Below, piece by piece: positions 48,940-59,506 of a stretch of DNA of 64,000 nt. The position numbers and the translations under genes were made by a program. The DNA comes from Candidatus Nealsonbacteria bacterium (GTDB lineage: Bacteria > Patescibacteriota > Minisyncoccia > Minisyncoccales > JAGMDC01), in contig JAUWMZ010000003.1 in assembly GCA_030612885.1 (NCBI GenBank), positions 69,578 to 133,577 of the forward strand, given 5' to 3'. Under the pieces are notes generated by a model. It saw nothing but the letters and a program-made list of their open reading frames with translations, was not told the DNA's origin and did not search any database. Position 1 is the stretch's first letter; every line of letters starts with the position of its first letter.

Positions 48940-50066
48940 AGATACTCTTTACTGGTGGTGGCACTGGAGGTCATATTTTTCCAATAATTGCCATTACTAG
49001 AGAAATTAAAAAAGTCCACAGGAATGAAAAATTAACTTTTCATTACATTGGTCCAAAAGATGATTTTGGTTTCTCTTTGCTTGCCAAAGAAGGAATTCAA
49101 GTCAAGACCATAACGGCTGGCAAAATTAGAAGATATATAGGAATAAAAAGTTTTTTTCAAAACATAATAGACGTTTTATTTAAAATTCCTATTGGAATTT
49201 TTCAGTCATTTTGGTATATTTTTATTCTTGCTCCCGACCTTATTTTTAGCAAGGGCGGCTACGGCTCAATTCCTGGAGTATTTGCCGGTTGGTTTTTGCG
49301 AGTACCGATTTTTCTACACGAATCTGATATAGCAGCCGGGCTAGCTAATCGAATCTTAAGTAGATTTTCTTTGGAAATCTTTGTTTCTTTTCCAGTTAAA
49401 AAAACCAAACCTTTTCCTAAAGAAAAAATGATTTCAGTTGGAAATCCTGTTAGAACTGAAATTTTAGAAGGAAAAAAAGAAGAAGCAGAAAAATCATTAA
49501 GGCTAAGCGGGACAAAACCAGTGGTTCTAATTGTGGGCGGTTCCCAGGGAGCTCAAAGAATTAATGATAAAATTTTACAAATTTTGGCTGACCTTTTAAG
49601 AAATTTTGAAATTATTCATCAAACCGGTTCTAAAAATTTCAAAACTGTTCAATCTGAATCTAAGGTAGTAATTCCTAAAGGATTAGAAAAATATTATCAT
49701 CCTTTGCCTGTTTTAGATGAAAAAACCCTGAAAAGCGCTTATGCCGCTTCAGATTTTATTGTTTCCAGAGCTGGCTCTGGTTCTATCTTTGAAATTGCCG
49801 CTTTAGGGAAACCTTCCATTTTAATCCCTTTGCCGGAAGCAGCTCAAGACCATCAACTCAAAAATGCTTATTGTTTTGCTGAAAGCGGCGCTTCTATTGT
49901 TATAGAAGAATCAAATTTCACACCCCATTTCTTTTTGGAAAAATTAAAATATTTATTTTTTCAAAGACAGGATATAAAAGATATGGCTGAGAAAGCAAAA
50001 AAATTCTCTAAACCAAAAGCAGCCAGAATCATTGCCGAATATCTTGTGGAGTATTTAAAACAGTAA
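48936..50066 (+). CDS. murG: Undecaprenyldiphospho-muramoylpentapeptide beta-N-acetylglucosaminyltransferase
   Basis: TGGGTGGHIFP, GGSQGA, RAGSGSIFE. A 4-nt overlap with ftsW. Confidence 0.92.
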   Translation: MKILFTGGGTGGHIFPIIAITREIKKVHRNEKLTFHYIGPKDDFGFSLLAKEGIQVKTITAGKIRRYIGIKSFFQNIIDVLFKIPIGIFQSFWYIFILAPDLIFSKGGYGSIPGVFAGWFLRVPIFLHESDIAAGLANRILSRFSLEIFVSFPVKKTKPFPKEKMISVGNPVRTEILEGKKEEAEKSLRLSGTKPVVLIVGGSQGAQRINDKILQILADLLRNFEIIHQTGSKNFKTVQSESKVVIPKGLEKYYHPLPVLDEKTLKSAYAASDFIVSRAGSGSIFEIAALGKPSILIPLPEAAQDHQLKNAYCFAESGASIVIEESNFTPHFFLEKLKYLFFQRQDIKDMAEKAKKFSKPKAARIIAEYLVEYLKQ

Positions 50067-50076
50067 TTAATGATTA

Positions 50077-51621
50077 ATGATTAATAGTCAATCAAATAAA
50101 ATCCGTGTTCGTATAGCTCCTTCGCCAACAGGTCTTTTGCATATCGGCACTACCAGAACTGCTCTTTTTAATTATATTTTCGCTAAGAAATTTCAGGGAA
50201 ACTTCATTTTAAGAATTGAAGACACTGATTTAGAAAGGTCAAAAAAAGAATATGAAAAAGATATTGTGGAAAGTCTGGACTGGTTAGGAATAAAATGGGA
50301 TGAATATTATAAACAAAGTGAGCGAATGGATATTTACGAGAAATATATTAAAAAACTGTTAAAGGAAGATAAGGCATATTACTGCTTTTGCACAGAAGAA
50401 GAATTAGAAGCCCAAAAACAATACCAAATTTCTATTGGTCAAGCAGCTCATTATTCAGGCAAGTGCAGGGGACTGTCTAAAGATGAAATCAATGAAAATT
50501 TAAAAGAAAAAAAACCTTTTGTTATTAGGTTTAAAATTCCTGATTCTTCTAAGAAAATAGTCTTTGATGATTTAATCAGAGGAAAAATTGAATTTGACCC
50601 CGAGTTAATTGGGGATTTCATTATTAGCAAGGGCCTAAAAAAACCTTTTTATAATTTTGCTGCTGCTGTAGATGATTTTGAAATGAAAATTTCTCATGTC
50701 ATAAGAGGAGAAGATCATATTTCCAATACACCCAAACAAATTCTCATTCAAGAGGCCTTAGGATTTTCCCAACCAAAATATGCTCATTTGCCTCTAGTCT
50801 TAGGTCCAGACAAGAGTAAATTAAGCAAAAGGCATGGAGCAACCGCTATTTCCGAGTATATAGAGAAAGGTTATCTGCCAGAGACCTTAATTAATTTTAT
50901 GGCTTTTTTGGGCTGGAACCCTGGCACAGAAAGAGAAATATATAATATTGTTTCTTTAATTAAAGAATTTTCTTTAGAAAATATTCAAAAAGGAGGGGCG
51001 GTTTTTAACGTCAAACGGTTAGATTATTTAAACGGCTTTTACATCCGCCAGAAATCAGATAAAAAAATAACAGAATTATGTATTCCATATTTAATAAAAG
51101 CTGATTTAATAGAGCCGCTCAATGGTGATTGTCCGGATGGAGTTCATTGTCCTGAAACCGTTTCTTTGTTTGAAGAAGAAAAGCCGGAATTCAAAATAAA
51201 GGAAAGCAATGAAATCATTGATTTTGATTATTTAAAGAAAGTTGTAAAAACGTATCAGGAGCGATTAAGATATTTATCAGAGATTGCTGAATTAACTGAT
51301 TTCTTTTTTAAAGCTCAATTAGAGTATGATAAAGATTTATTAAAATGGAAAGATATGGATGATAAGCAAGTTTTTGATACTCTTGACAAATTAGAGAAAA
51401 TATTGTCTAAAACAGAATCTAAAGATTTTAATAAAGAAAACTTAGAAAAGGTTTTAATGCTTGAAGCCGGAAAAGCAGGGGATAGAGGAAAGCTTTTATG
51501 GCCGTTGAGAGTGGCTCTGACCGGCAAAAAGGCCTCTGCCGGGCCTTTTGAAATAGCAGAAATTTTAGGCAAAGAAAAGTGCCTTAAAAGAATAGGGGAA
51601 GCAAAGGAATTAATGAAATAA
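50077..51621 (+). CDS. gltX: Glutamate--tRNA ligase
   Basis: RIAPSPTGLLHIGT (HIGH) and KLSKRHG (KMSKS). Confidence 0.95.
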   Translation: MINSQSNKIRVRIAPSPTGLLHIGTTRTALFNYIFAKKFQGNFILRIEDTDLERSKKEYEKDIVESLDWLGIKWDEYYKQSERMDIYEKYIKKLLKEDKAYYCFCTEEELEAQKQYQISIGQAAHYSGKCRGLSKDEINENLKEKKPFVIRFKIPDSSKKIVFDDLIRGKIEFDPELIGDFIISKGLKKPFYNFAAAVDDFEMKISHVIRGEDHISNTPKQILIQEALGFSQPKYAHLPLVLGPDKSKLSKRHGATAISEYIEKGYLPETLINFMAFLGWNPGTEREIYNIVSLIKEFSLENIQKGGAVFNVKRLDYLNGFYIRQKSDKKITELCIPYLIKADLIEPLNGDCPDGVHCPETVSLFEEEKPEFKIKESNEIIDFDYLKKVVKTYQERLRYLSEIAELTDFFFKAQLEYDKDLLKWKDMDDKQVFDTLDKLEKILSKTESKDFNKENLEKVLMLEAGKAGDRGKLLWPLRVALTGKKASAGPFEIAEILGKEKCLKRIGEAKELMK

Positions 51622-51647
51622 AAAAGAGAGGACTTAAAAAAGTGTCC

Positions 51648-51908
51648 TCATAAACTTTTATTATTTTTTATCGTCTGAAGTAGAAATATACTACATGCTA
51701 TTGCTACAAGTGCACCTATAACAATAGTTATTACTCCAATAGTCATTACTCCTATAAATATTTTAAGTCCCATAGCGTCACTTACACTTATCTGTATTAT
51801 CTTCATTCCTATGTAGCAAAACACCATGCCAGCGATTGCTGCGAATGAAAATACAATCACTAATAGTCCTTTTATTATTCTATCCAGCATATATTCTTTT
51901 TCTGTCAT
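51648..51908 (-). CDS. Small membrane protein (86 aa)
   Basis: Three hydrophobic helices. A strong RBS AGGAGGTG lies 5 nt upstream. Confidence 0.5.
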   Translation of the reverse strand: MTEKEYMLDRIIKGLLVIVFSFAAIAGMVFCYIGMKIIQISVSDAMGLKIFIGVMTIGVITIVIGALVAIACSIFLLQTIKNNKSL

Positions 51909-51918
51909 TTTTCACCTC

Positions 51919-52050
51919 CTAACAGAGTTTGATATAGCCCATTGTTGCTAAAACTATAACAATGATTGCAATGGCTATACTTATCATTATACTTACTATA
52001 CTTCCTCTTATACTTCCTTTTCTTCCGTTTCTATCTTCTTCTGTTTCCAT
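51919..52050 (-). CDS. Small membrane protein (43 aa; below the ORF-track cutoff)
   Basis: METEEDRNGRKGSIRGSIVSIMISIAIAIIVIVLATMGYIKLC*. RBS AGGAGA upstream. Directly upstream of 51648..51908 on the same strand. Confidence 0.4.
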   Translation of the reverse strand: METEEDRNGRKGSIRGSIVSIMISIAIAIIVIVLATMGYIKLC

Positions 52051-52072
52051 TTTTTTTACATTCATCTCCTAA

Positions 52073-52591
52073 ATGAACTACTTAAGATTATACAAAACTA
52101 TAATGATATTGTCAAGTCTTGTAGTGATAAGCGGCTTGATTTTGCCAAGTTTTTGTTTTGCCCAGACAGGAGTTGAAGTTCCGAGTACTTTTGGAGAAGC
52201 AAAAGATTTTATAATAAGATTGGTTAAACCCTTGCCTAATATAATGAAGGATATCTGGCAAAACGAAGTTTTACCTTTTTGGCGGCAAATGGCAGAAAAA
52301 GTATCTAATTGGTGGAAAACATCGGTTTTGCCATGGCTAAAGAGTATTTTTTCCACCCTTAAATCCTGGTTTAATGAGGCAGTAGACTGGTTTTCAGGTA
52401 TTTGGTATGAAACTATTAAACCCTGGATTAGCAATTTATTGGATAAAATAAAAGGTCTCTTGGGTCAAGAAATTACAGAAAGAAAACCAGTTATTGAACA
52501 AGAATTTGAAAAAGAAAAACAAGAAATGAAACAAGAAATCCCTGAAGTTAGCAAAGGATTATGGCAAAAACTTAAAGAGCTTTTTAAGTAG
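52073..52591 (+). CDS. Secreted hypothetical protein, Trp-rich helical repeats
   Basis: Signal peptide ...LILPSFCFAQTG, then a repeated W-containing helical pattern (WxxxVLPWLKS, WFNEAVDWF, WYETIKPWI). Confidence 0.5.
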   Translation: MNYLRLYKTIMILSSLVVISGLILPSFCFAQTGVEVPSTFGEAKDFIIRLVKPLPNIMKDIWQNEVLPFWRQMAEKVSNWWKTSVLPWLKSIFSTLKSWFNEAVDWFSGIWYETIKPWISNLLDKIKGLLGQEITERKPVIEQEFEKEKQEMKQEIPEVSKGLWQKLKELFK

Positions 52592-52705
52592 CTAATAAGA
52601 CATAAATATCCACAGGGGGAGGATTGACACAGCTATTTGGCTGTTATATTATTAATATAGGAAAGTTCGCATAATTATACTTAAGAGTTTATTAATATAA
52701 CAAAC

Positions 52706-53662
52706 ATGGAGAAAAGCTCAATACCAATAATTCAATATTTACCAGATTTCTTGGATTGGCTTGATATAGAAAAAGGATTATCATCTAAATCTCAAGAAAA
52801 TTATACAAGATTTCTAAAAAAATTTTGGGATTGGCTTAAAATAAATAAATTAGAAAATATAAAACCTTATGAACTTACTCCGGACCATATTTGGAAATAT
52901 CGTGTCTTTCTTTCTAGACAATATATTTCAAAAAGAAAAAAAACATTAAAAAAATCTACCCAGAATTATTATTTAATAGCTCTTAGATCTCTTTTAAACT
53001 ATTTTGCCGAGCGTGATATTCTGTCTTTGCCGGCAGAAAAAATAAAATTAGCAAAAAATAAAGAGGAAACACAAGTCCGCTTTCTTACATTAGAACAGTT
53101 AGAAAAGTTATTCTCCATACCTAATATATCTAAAGATCAAGGTTTACGTGATAGAGCTATTTTAGAAGTGCTTTTTTCTACTGGAATGAGAATAGCAGAA
53201 TTAGTCGCTCTTGATAGAAATCAGATTAAAATAAAAACTGGCATGAAAGAATTAGAACTTGGAATTGTTGGCAAAGGAGAAAGGGCTCGAACAGTTTATT
53301 TCTCAGAAAGAACATTGTTCTGGTTAGATAAATATCTTAAAAATCGTAATGATAAAGCAGATGCTTTGTTTATTAATTATCGTAGAAAAAAAGGGACGTC
53401 TTCACGATTGACCGCTCGTTCAATAGAAAAAAAAATAAAGAAGCACGCCCTACTTGCTGGTCTACCAATAACAACTACGCCACATGTAATGCGACACAGT
53501 TTTGCCACAGATTTGCTTAACCAAGGAGTCGATTTAAGAACAATCCAAGAATTTTTAGGACATAAGAGTATTAGCGCTACTCAAATATACGCTCACGTTA
53601 CTTCAAAAAAACTTCGTGAAATTCATCGCCAATTTCACAGTGGTAAAAGACTAAAAGAATAA
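52706..53662 (+). CDS. Tyrosine recombinase XerC/XerD family
   Basis: RDRAILEVLFSTGMRIAEL, HVMRHSFATDLL, LGHKSISATQIYAHV (R-H-R-Y catalytic set). Confidence 0.9.
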   Translation: MEKSSIPIIQYLPDFLDWLDIEKGLSSKSQENYTRFLKKFWDWLKINKLENIKPYELTPDHIWKYRVFLSRQYISKRKKTLKKSTQNYYLIALRSLLNYFAERDILSLPAEKIKLAKNKEETQVRFLTLEQLEKLFSIPNISKDQGLRDRAILEVLFSTGMRIAELVALDRNQIKIKTGMKELELGIVGKGERARTVYFSERTLFWLDKYLKNRNDKADALFINYRRKKGTSSRLTARSIEKKIKKHALLAGLPITTTPHVMRHSFATDLLNQGVDLRTIQEFLGHKSISATQIYAHVTSKKLREIHRQFHSGKRLKE

Positions 53663-53745
53663 AAAAAACAAGGGCTAAATCCCCTGTTTTTTTATTTTAA
53701 ACCCGTCACAAAATAGAACGATCGTACTGATTTGTAGTGAAACAT

Positions 53746-54417
53746 TCATTTTCCGAAGCGGCGAAGGTGATTAGAATATTCATTAAGGGCTTTGTCTAAC
53801 TCCTTTTCAGTAAAATCAGGCCAATATTTATCAAAAAAGAAAATTTCAGAATAGGCTGCCTGCCAAATTAAAAAATTAGAAATCCGTTTTTCCTTGCCGG
53901 TCCTGATGATTAAGTCAAGATCAGATGTCCAAAGATTTTTGGAAATTACATCTTCATTAATCTTTTTTAAAGAAATTTTCTTTTTAATTATATTTTTTAT
54001 TGCTTCAACAATTTCCGCTCTGCCGCCATAGCTTAAAGCAATATTTAAAATCATTGCTTTATTATTTTTAGTCCTATTTTCAACGTCTTTTATCGCCTTT
54101 TGAACGTCTCTATATAATCTGTCCCTTTGACCAATAATTATAACCCTAATTCCGTATTTGTCAAACTCCGCAATATCCTTAATGCTTTTAATAAGATCCA
54201 TTAAATAATTAATTTCTTTTTTTGTTCTTTTCCAGTTTTCAGTGGAAAAAACAAATAATGTTAAAACTTTTATTCCTCTTTTTTTACAGGCCTTAATAAT
54301 TTTTTTCACCTTTTCCATGCCCTTTTTATGGCCCTCAAAAACAGGCAGGTTTTTTTCTTTTGCCCATCTTCTATTTCCATCTAAAATAATGCCTAAATGA
54401 TTTGGTATATTTTTCAT
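53746..54417 (-). CDS. uppS: Isoprenyl transferase (undecaprenyl diphosphate synthase)
   Basis: HLGIILDGNRRWA, FSTENWKR, RTGKEKRISNFLIWQAAYSE. Confidence 0.95.
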   Translation of the reverse strand: MKNIPNHLGIILDGNRRWAKEKNLPVFEGHKKGMEKVKKIIKACKKRGIKVLTLFVFSTENWKRTKKEINYLMDLIKSIKDIAEFDKYGIRVIIIGQRDRLYRDVQKAIKDVENRTKNNKAMILNIALSYGGRAEIVEAIKNIIKKKISLKKINEDVISKNLWTSDLDLIIRTGKEKRISNFLIWQAAYSEIFFFDKYWPDFTEKELDKALNEYSNHLRRFGK

Positions 54418-54432
54418 AATCTGACTATTTTT

Positions 54433-55365
54433 TTAAAATAAAAAATCCCCTTCTATCTTATTCTCTTTTGGCAGAAGCCAGGGAAAATTTTTTCCAGAGA
54501 AATAAACTGTTTTTTTAACTATTTTTGAAAAAATAGTCTTTGGCAGGAAAAATTTATTGACTTCCTTTTTATATTTTATAAAATCTGGAAAATTTTTCAA
54601 GAGAATATCAGCTGATATTAAAGACCATATCACTCCCCCGCCGGACCAGGGTTTGGTAAGGCCGGCTGCATCGCCGCAAAGAGTGATTTTAGAATTTTTA
54701 GGAATTATCGGTATTAAGGTTTGAGGAATTACAGCTGTTTTTTTTCTTAGAAGATAAATTTTCTTTTCTTTTAAAAATCTATCAAAATAATTCTTTGCTT
54801 TTTTAAAATCCTCCATTATCCCATATTCTATATTTTCTCCTCGAGGAATTCTCCAAATAAAACCAGAATCAGTTGCCCATGTTTCTATATGATTAGAATT
54901 ATCTTCTTTCTCTAAAAATCCTTGAATAGCTAAGAAAAATCGCGGTTCTGAAAGGTTAAGCTTCTTTCTAATAACAGAATTTGCTCCGTCGCAGCCAATA
55001 AGCTTATCAAATTCTTTTGGAAAATTATCTATCTTATGGTTTAAAATAATTTTCGCTCCTGAATTTTGAGCTAGATGGGCCACTAAATTATCTAATTTAT
55101 AATGATCTATTACGAAAAAACTTTTTTTAAAAATAATCTTTGAAGTTTTTCTGGGAAAGTGAATCAATACTTCTTTGATTTCATTTTGAATTAATTTCTT
55201 GCTTTCTGGAATAAAGTCAAGGATTCTTTCGCTAAAAAGGCCTGAACAGGCTTCTTTTCCTATTTTTCCTTTTTTTTCAAAAACAGTTACCTCCTCGCCT
55301 TTTTGAGAAAATTTCCAGGCAAGATATAATCCTGCAATACCTGCTCCAACAATGACAATTCTCAT
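54433..55365 (-). CDS. FAD-dependent oxidoreductase (geranylgeranyl-reductase-like)
   Basis: MRIVIVGAGIAGLYLA...VTVFEK dinucleotide-binding motif and CGDAAG. Confidence 0.75.
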   Translation of the reverse strand: MRIVIVGAGIAGLYLAWKFSQKGEEVTVFEKKGKIGKEACSGLFSERILDFIPESKKLIQNEIKEVLIHFPRKTSKIIFKKSFFVIDHYKLDNLVAHLAQNSGAKIILNHKIDNFPKEFDKLIGCDGANSVIRKKLNLSEPRFFLAIQGFLEKEDNSNHIETWATDSGFIWRIPRGENIEYGIMEDFKKAKNYFDRFLKEKKIYLLRKKTAVIPQTLIPIIPKNSKITLCGDAAGLTKPWSGGGVIWSLISADILLKNFPDFIKYKKEVNKFFLPKTIFSKIVKKTVYFSGKNFPWLLPKENKIEGDFLF

Positions 55366-55556
55366 AAGTTATTATTAGTTTTTATTTGTTCAAACTGAAT
55401 TGGTTCTTTTTCTTGTTGTTGAGCTATTATGTATCCCATAGCAAAAGAAAGTAAAGAAATTAAGATAACACCAATGAGGAGAACCATATCTTCTTTGTCA
55501 ATCTTGAGCTTGCCGAATGGATTGACAAACTGTGATAATTTTGATAGCATATACAA
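55362..55556 (-). CDS. Small membrane protein (64 aa)
   Basis: One TM helix. A 4-nt overlap with the downstream reductase gene. Confidence 0.4.
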   Translation of the reverse strand: MYMLSKLSQFVNPFGKLKIDKEDMVLLIGVILISLLSFAMGYIIAQQQEKEPIQFEQIKTNNNL

Positions 55557-55561
55557 TCATA

Positions 55562-55624
55562 CTAAACATATTAACATACTAACATACTAACAAAAGATAA
55601 AATCAAAAATGTTAATATGTTTAG
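55562..55624. promoter_or_regulatory. 16-bp perfect inverted repeat in the rpmA leader
   Basis: CTAAACATATTAACAT (55562-55577) and ATGTTAATATGTTTAG (55609-55624). The right arm abuts or overlaps the AGGTG Shine-Dalgarno of rpmA. Confidence 0.55.
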
Positions 55625-55640
55625 GTGTTTAAATGATTTC

Positions 55641-55919
55641 ATGGCAAAGACAAAAGCTACTGGCGCAACAAAATTAGGAAGGGACTCCCAACCAAAATAT
55701 TTAGGAGTTAAGCTAACAGATGGTCAAAAAGTAAAAGTAGGAAATATTATCATCCGTCAACGCGGAACAAAGTTTCTTCCTGGAAAAAATGTTAAAAAAG
55801 GTAAAGATGATACTCTCTATGCTTTAAAAGAAGGGATTATTAAGTTTGCTACAAGAAGAAAAAGAAAATTCGACAAAAGCCAAAGAATCGCTAAAGTCGT
55901 TAATGTAGAGATGCCTTAA
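55641..55919 (+). CDS. rpmA: 50S ribosomal protein L27
   Basis: ATG at 55641: [51 protein letters not shown]. The last 20 nt overlap the convergent pyrG. Confidence 0.9.
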   Translation: MAKTKATGATKLGRDSQPKYLGVKLTDGQKVKVGNIIIRQRGTKFLPGKNVKKGKDDTLYALKEGIIKFATRRKRKFDKSQRIAKVVNVEMP

Positions 55920-57519
55920 TAAACTCTTTAAATAAAGGATGAGGTTTTAAAAACCTTGACTTAAATTCTGGATGAAACTGCACCCCGATAAAGAAAGGGT
56001 GTTTTTTTAGTTCTATAATCTCTACCAAATCCTTTTCTGGGTTTATACCAGCTATTATCATACCTTTATCTTCTAAAACATTCCTAAACTCATTATTTAG
56101 CTCGTAGCGGTGCCTATGACGCTCAAAGGTAATTTTATTCCTTCCGTATGCCCTCCAGCTCTTAGTACCTGTTTTCAGCTCACATTTATAGGCACCCAGT
56201 CGCATGGTTCCGCCGTATTTTTTTTCTTTCAAAAGAGCTTTTTGTTCCGGCATTACATCAATTACTGGTATTCGACAATTGGCTGAAAATTCAGTGGAGT
56301 TAGCTTTTTTTAAACCGCAAACATTCCTGGCAAATTCAATCACAGCCAACTGCATACCGAGGCAAAGTCCTAAAAAAGGAATTTTTTCTTCTCGGCAAAA
56401 TTGGATAGCTTTTATTTTTCCTTCCACTCCCCTGTTCCCAAAGCCACCAGGAACAATAATACCATCATAATCTTTCAACTCTTTTAGAAATCGAGAATCC
56501 TTCTCAAATTTTCCTGCTGATAACCAATAAATCTCTGGCTTCTTTTTATAAAACCAAGCAGCGTGCTTAACTGCTTCAATTACTGAAATATATGAATCCA
56601 TTAAAGTAAATTTTCCTGTTTCAAAGTATTTTCCTACGATACCAATTCTAATCGGCTTTTTTTTCTTTTTTATTACCTTTACCAACTTTTCCCATTTTTC
56701 TAAATTGCTTTTTTTTGAATTCAAGTCAAATTTTTTCAAAATTCGGTTGCCTAAATTTTCTTTCTCAAAATTAATCGGAACTTCATAAATGGATTTAATA
56801 TCAGGGGCAGAAATAATATCTCTAATATTTACATTACAGAAAATAGAAATTTTCTTTTTTCTTGGTCTATCTAAAAGAGAGGAAGAACGACCTAAAATAA
56901 TATCTGGTTGAATTCCTGCCTCATTTAACATTCTCACCGCATTTTGGGTTGGTTTTGTCTTCATTTCACCAATCATTTTAGGAACTGGTAAATAACTCAC
57001 CAAAATAAAAAGAACATCTCCTGGATATCTAATCTTCATCATTCTGGCTGCTTCCAAAAACAACATATTCTGATACTCACCTACTGTTCCGCCTATCTCA
57101 ATTAAAACAAAATCAGCTCTATTTTTTTTAGCTGATTTTAATATTCTGGCAATTGCCTCATCAGGAATATCAGGAACAACTTCTACGCATCTTCCTCCAT
57201 ATCCCAAATTTCTTTCTCTGTTTATTACTGCCTGATATACTCGGCCAGTGGTAATGTAATTAATGGTTGATAAACTTTCATCTAAAAATCTTTCATAGTT
57301 TCCAAGGTCTTGGTCACATTCTACTCCGTCATCGGTAACAAAAACTTCTCCATGCTCAATGGGATTCATAGTCCCGGCATCAACATTAATATAAGGGTCG
57401 ATTTTGACTGCTGTTATTTTAAATCCTTTGCTCTGTAATATTTTTCCTATTGAGGCGGTAGCTACTCCTTTGCCGATACCAGACATTACGCCACCAGCAA
57501 CAAAGATAAATTTTGGCAT
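55900..57519 (-). CDS. pyrG: CTP synthase
   Basis: [20 protein letters not shown] (Cys nucleophile), HRHRYE. Confidence 0.95.
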   Translation of the reverse strand: MPKFIFVAGGVMSGIGKGVATASIGKILQSKGFKITAVKIDPYINVDAGTMNPIEHGEVFVTDDGVECDQDLGNYERFLDESLSTINYITTGRVYQAVINRERNLGYGGRCVEVVPDIPDEAIARILKSAKKNRADFVLIEIGGTVGEYQNMLFLEAARMMKIRYPGDVLFILVSYLPVPKMIGEMKTKPTQNAVRMLNEAGIQPDIILGRSSSLLDRPRKKKISIFCNVNIRDIISAPDIKSIYEVPINFEKENLGNRILKKFDLNSKKSNLEKWEKLVKVIKKKKKPIRIGIVGKYFETGKFTLMDSYISVIEAVKHAAWFYKKKPEIYWLSAGKFEKDSRFLKELKDYDGIIVPGGFGNRGVEGKIKAIQFCREEKIPFLGLCLGMQLAVIEFARNVCGLKKANSTEFSANCRIPVIDVMPEQKALLKEKKYGGTMRLGAYKCELKTGTKSWRAYGRNKITFERHRHRYELNNEFRNVLEDKGMIIAGINPEKDLVEIIELKKHPFFIGVQFHPEFKSRFLKPHPLFKEFIKASLH

Positions 57520-57523
57520 ATTA

Positions 57524-57970
57524 CTACTTTTCTTCCGTTACTATTACTCTTACTTCTGCTTCTAAATTATGTTCAAATTTTATTTTTATCGGAAATTCAC
57601 CAGTTTCTTTAATTGGTTCATTTAAATCAATTTGTGTTTTTTTAATTTCAAAACCAAATTCTTTTAATTTTTCAGAAATTTTCTGAGAAGCTATTGATTC
57701 AAAAAGCTGTCCTTCTTTGCCAATTTTAACTGGAATACTTAATTCTAACCCATCTATTTTTGTAGCTATATCTTGAATATCTTTTAAATCTTTTTCTGAT
57801 TCTTTCTTTATTGTCTCTTTTTGATTTTCCAGCCACTTAAGATTTTTTTCTGTTGCTATCTTAACCAAATCTTTAGGAATAAGAAAATTCCTGGCATAGC
57901 CATCAGATACATCCTTAATGTCATGCTTTTTCCCAAGTTTATCTATGTCTTGTAAGAGTATTATACGCAT
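57524..57970 (-). CDS. rplI: 50S ribosomal protein L9
   Basis: MRIILLQDIDKLGKKHDIKDVSDGYARNFLIP. Confidence 0.9.
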   Translation of the reverse strand: MRIILLQDIDKLGKKHDIKDVSDGYARNFLIPKDLVKIATEKNLKWLENQKETIKKESEKDLKDIQDIATKIDGLELSIPVKIGKEGQLFESIASQKISEKLKEFGFEIKKTQIDLNEPIKETGEFPIKIKFEHNLEAEVRVIVTEEK

Positions 57971-57983
57971 ATTAATTATTATA

Positions 57984-59174
57984 CTACATTTCCTTTAAAA
58001 TTTCAATTGCTTTTTCTAATTGAGGATCTTTTTCTTTTTCATAATCTTCTTTGGTCATCTCTATCTCAATATCCGGCTCTAAACCTTTATTGTTTAAAAC
58101 TTCACCATTTGGAGTTAACCAATTAGCTATGGTAATTTTTAAACTGCCTTCTCGTAATTCTTCTAATACTTGAACTGTTCCTTTTCCAAATGACCTTTCA
58201 CCGATTAATTTCACTCCCCTATTGTCTCTTAAAGCACCAGCCAAAATTTCAGAGCCAGAAGCTGAACCCTGATTAATTAAAACTACCACTGGATAGGATA
58301 AAAATTTCTCTGTACCTCTTGCTTTGTAAAATTCTTGTTCTTTGTTTTCGCCGAAATCTTCAATAGCTACAATTTGTCCTTTTTCCAAAAACCATCCAGC
58401 GATATTCTGAGCTACTCCTAAATAACCGCCGGGATTATTTCTCAAGTCCAGAATTATTTTTTCCGCAGATGAATTTAAAATTTCCTCGGAAGCTGTTTTA
58501 AAATCAAAACTTGCTTTCTCAGAAAACTGATAAAGTTTGATGTAAGCAATGTCATCATCCAGTAATTCCCAATCTAATGAAGGTATTTCTATTACGCCTC
58601 TAATAATTTTTATTTCTTTTGTCTCTTTCCAATCTTCTCTATAAATAGTAAGGGAGACCTCTGTTCCTTTGGGACCTCTGATAAGTTTTACTGCTTCATC
58701 TATGCTTATATCAACAGTTAAAGTATCATCTATTTTCATAATCTTATCTCCGGCTCTTAATCCTGCTTTTTGGGCAGGAGTTTCTTCTAAAGGCGCGATA
58801 ACAGTTAGCTGTCCGCTTCTTAATCCTATTTCCATGCCTACTCCTTCAAATACTCCTTTGACATCCTCTTCAAATATTTTTGCTTCTTCAGGATCAAAAA
58901 AAACAGTATAAGGATCTTCTAAACTTTCCACCATCCCGGATATGGCTCCGTAAATTATTTTTTGAGAATCAAAATCTTCTGGATGAACATACTTTTCTTG
59001 AAGAGTGTGATAGACCTCCCAAAATAAAGAAAAATCTAATTCATTAGAAGGAGAAACCATTCTCTTTCCTTCAATTTCGCCAAAATAATATCCAAACCCA
59101 AAACCAATCAATACAGCAATGATTAACAAAAAAAGAATTATTGATTTTCTAATTCCTGATTTTAAAAAAAACAT
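57984..59174 (-). CDS. ctp: S41-family carboxy-terminal processing peptidase with PDZ domain
   Basis: TM anchor, PDZ GLRAGDKIMKIDD, LINQGSASGSEILAGAL (Ser nucleophile) and GTVQ. Confidence 0.9.
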   Translation of the reverse strand: MFFLKSGIRKSIILFLLIIAVLIGFGFGYYFGEIEGKRMVSPSNELDFSLFWEVYHTLQEKYVHPEDFDSQKIIYGAISGMVESLEDPYTVFFDPEEAKIFEEDVKGVFEGVGMEIGLRSGQLTVIAPLEETPAQKAGLRAGDKIMKIDDTLTVDISIDEAVKLIRGPKGTEVSLTIYREDWKETKEIKIIRGVIEIPSLDWELLDDDIAYIKLYQFSEKASFDFKTASEEILNSSAEKIILDLRNNPGGYLGVAQNIAGWFLEKGQIVAIEDFGENKEQEFYKARGTEKFLSYPVVVLINQGSASGSEILAGALRDNRGVKLIGERSFGKGTVQVLEELREGSLKITIANWLTPNGEVLNNKGLEPDIEIEMTKEDYEKEKDPQLEKAIEILKEM

Positions 59175-59221
59175 AATTCCAATAATATTGTATCAAATTT
59201 TTCAAAAAAAATCCACCTCTA

Positions 59222-59506
59222 TTATTCAAATTTGAACTTTTTCCGTATAGCTAATATCACAAACCCATATTTATCTATTTCTTTCTTTGTATGAAATTTA
59301 TTCATCTTTTTTGTATTGAATTTGTACAACACCTCACATTTTGCTTCTTTGCCAGTAAGTTTTTTTGTTCCTTGTTTCTGCTCTTTCAATACAAGAATAT
59401 CACCAGGTTTGCATTTAAAATCCGCTAATCGAACCTCAAAACGCTTTTTGCCTTCTGTCACTGCCTTGAAATATTCCTGTTGAACTTTCTTTTTAATTAT
59501 CGCCAT
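59222..59506 (-). CDS. ASCH/DUF3850-like small protein
   Basis: YFKAVTEGKKRFEVRLADFKCKPGDILVLKE fits the DUF3850 (ASCH-fold) pattern. Confidence 0.6.
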   Translation of the reverse strand: MAIIKKKVQQEYFKAVTEGKKRFEVRLADFKCKPGDILVLKEQKQGTKKLTGKEAKCEVLYKFNTKKMNKFHTKKEIDKYGFVILAIRKKFKFE

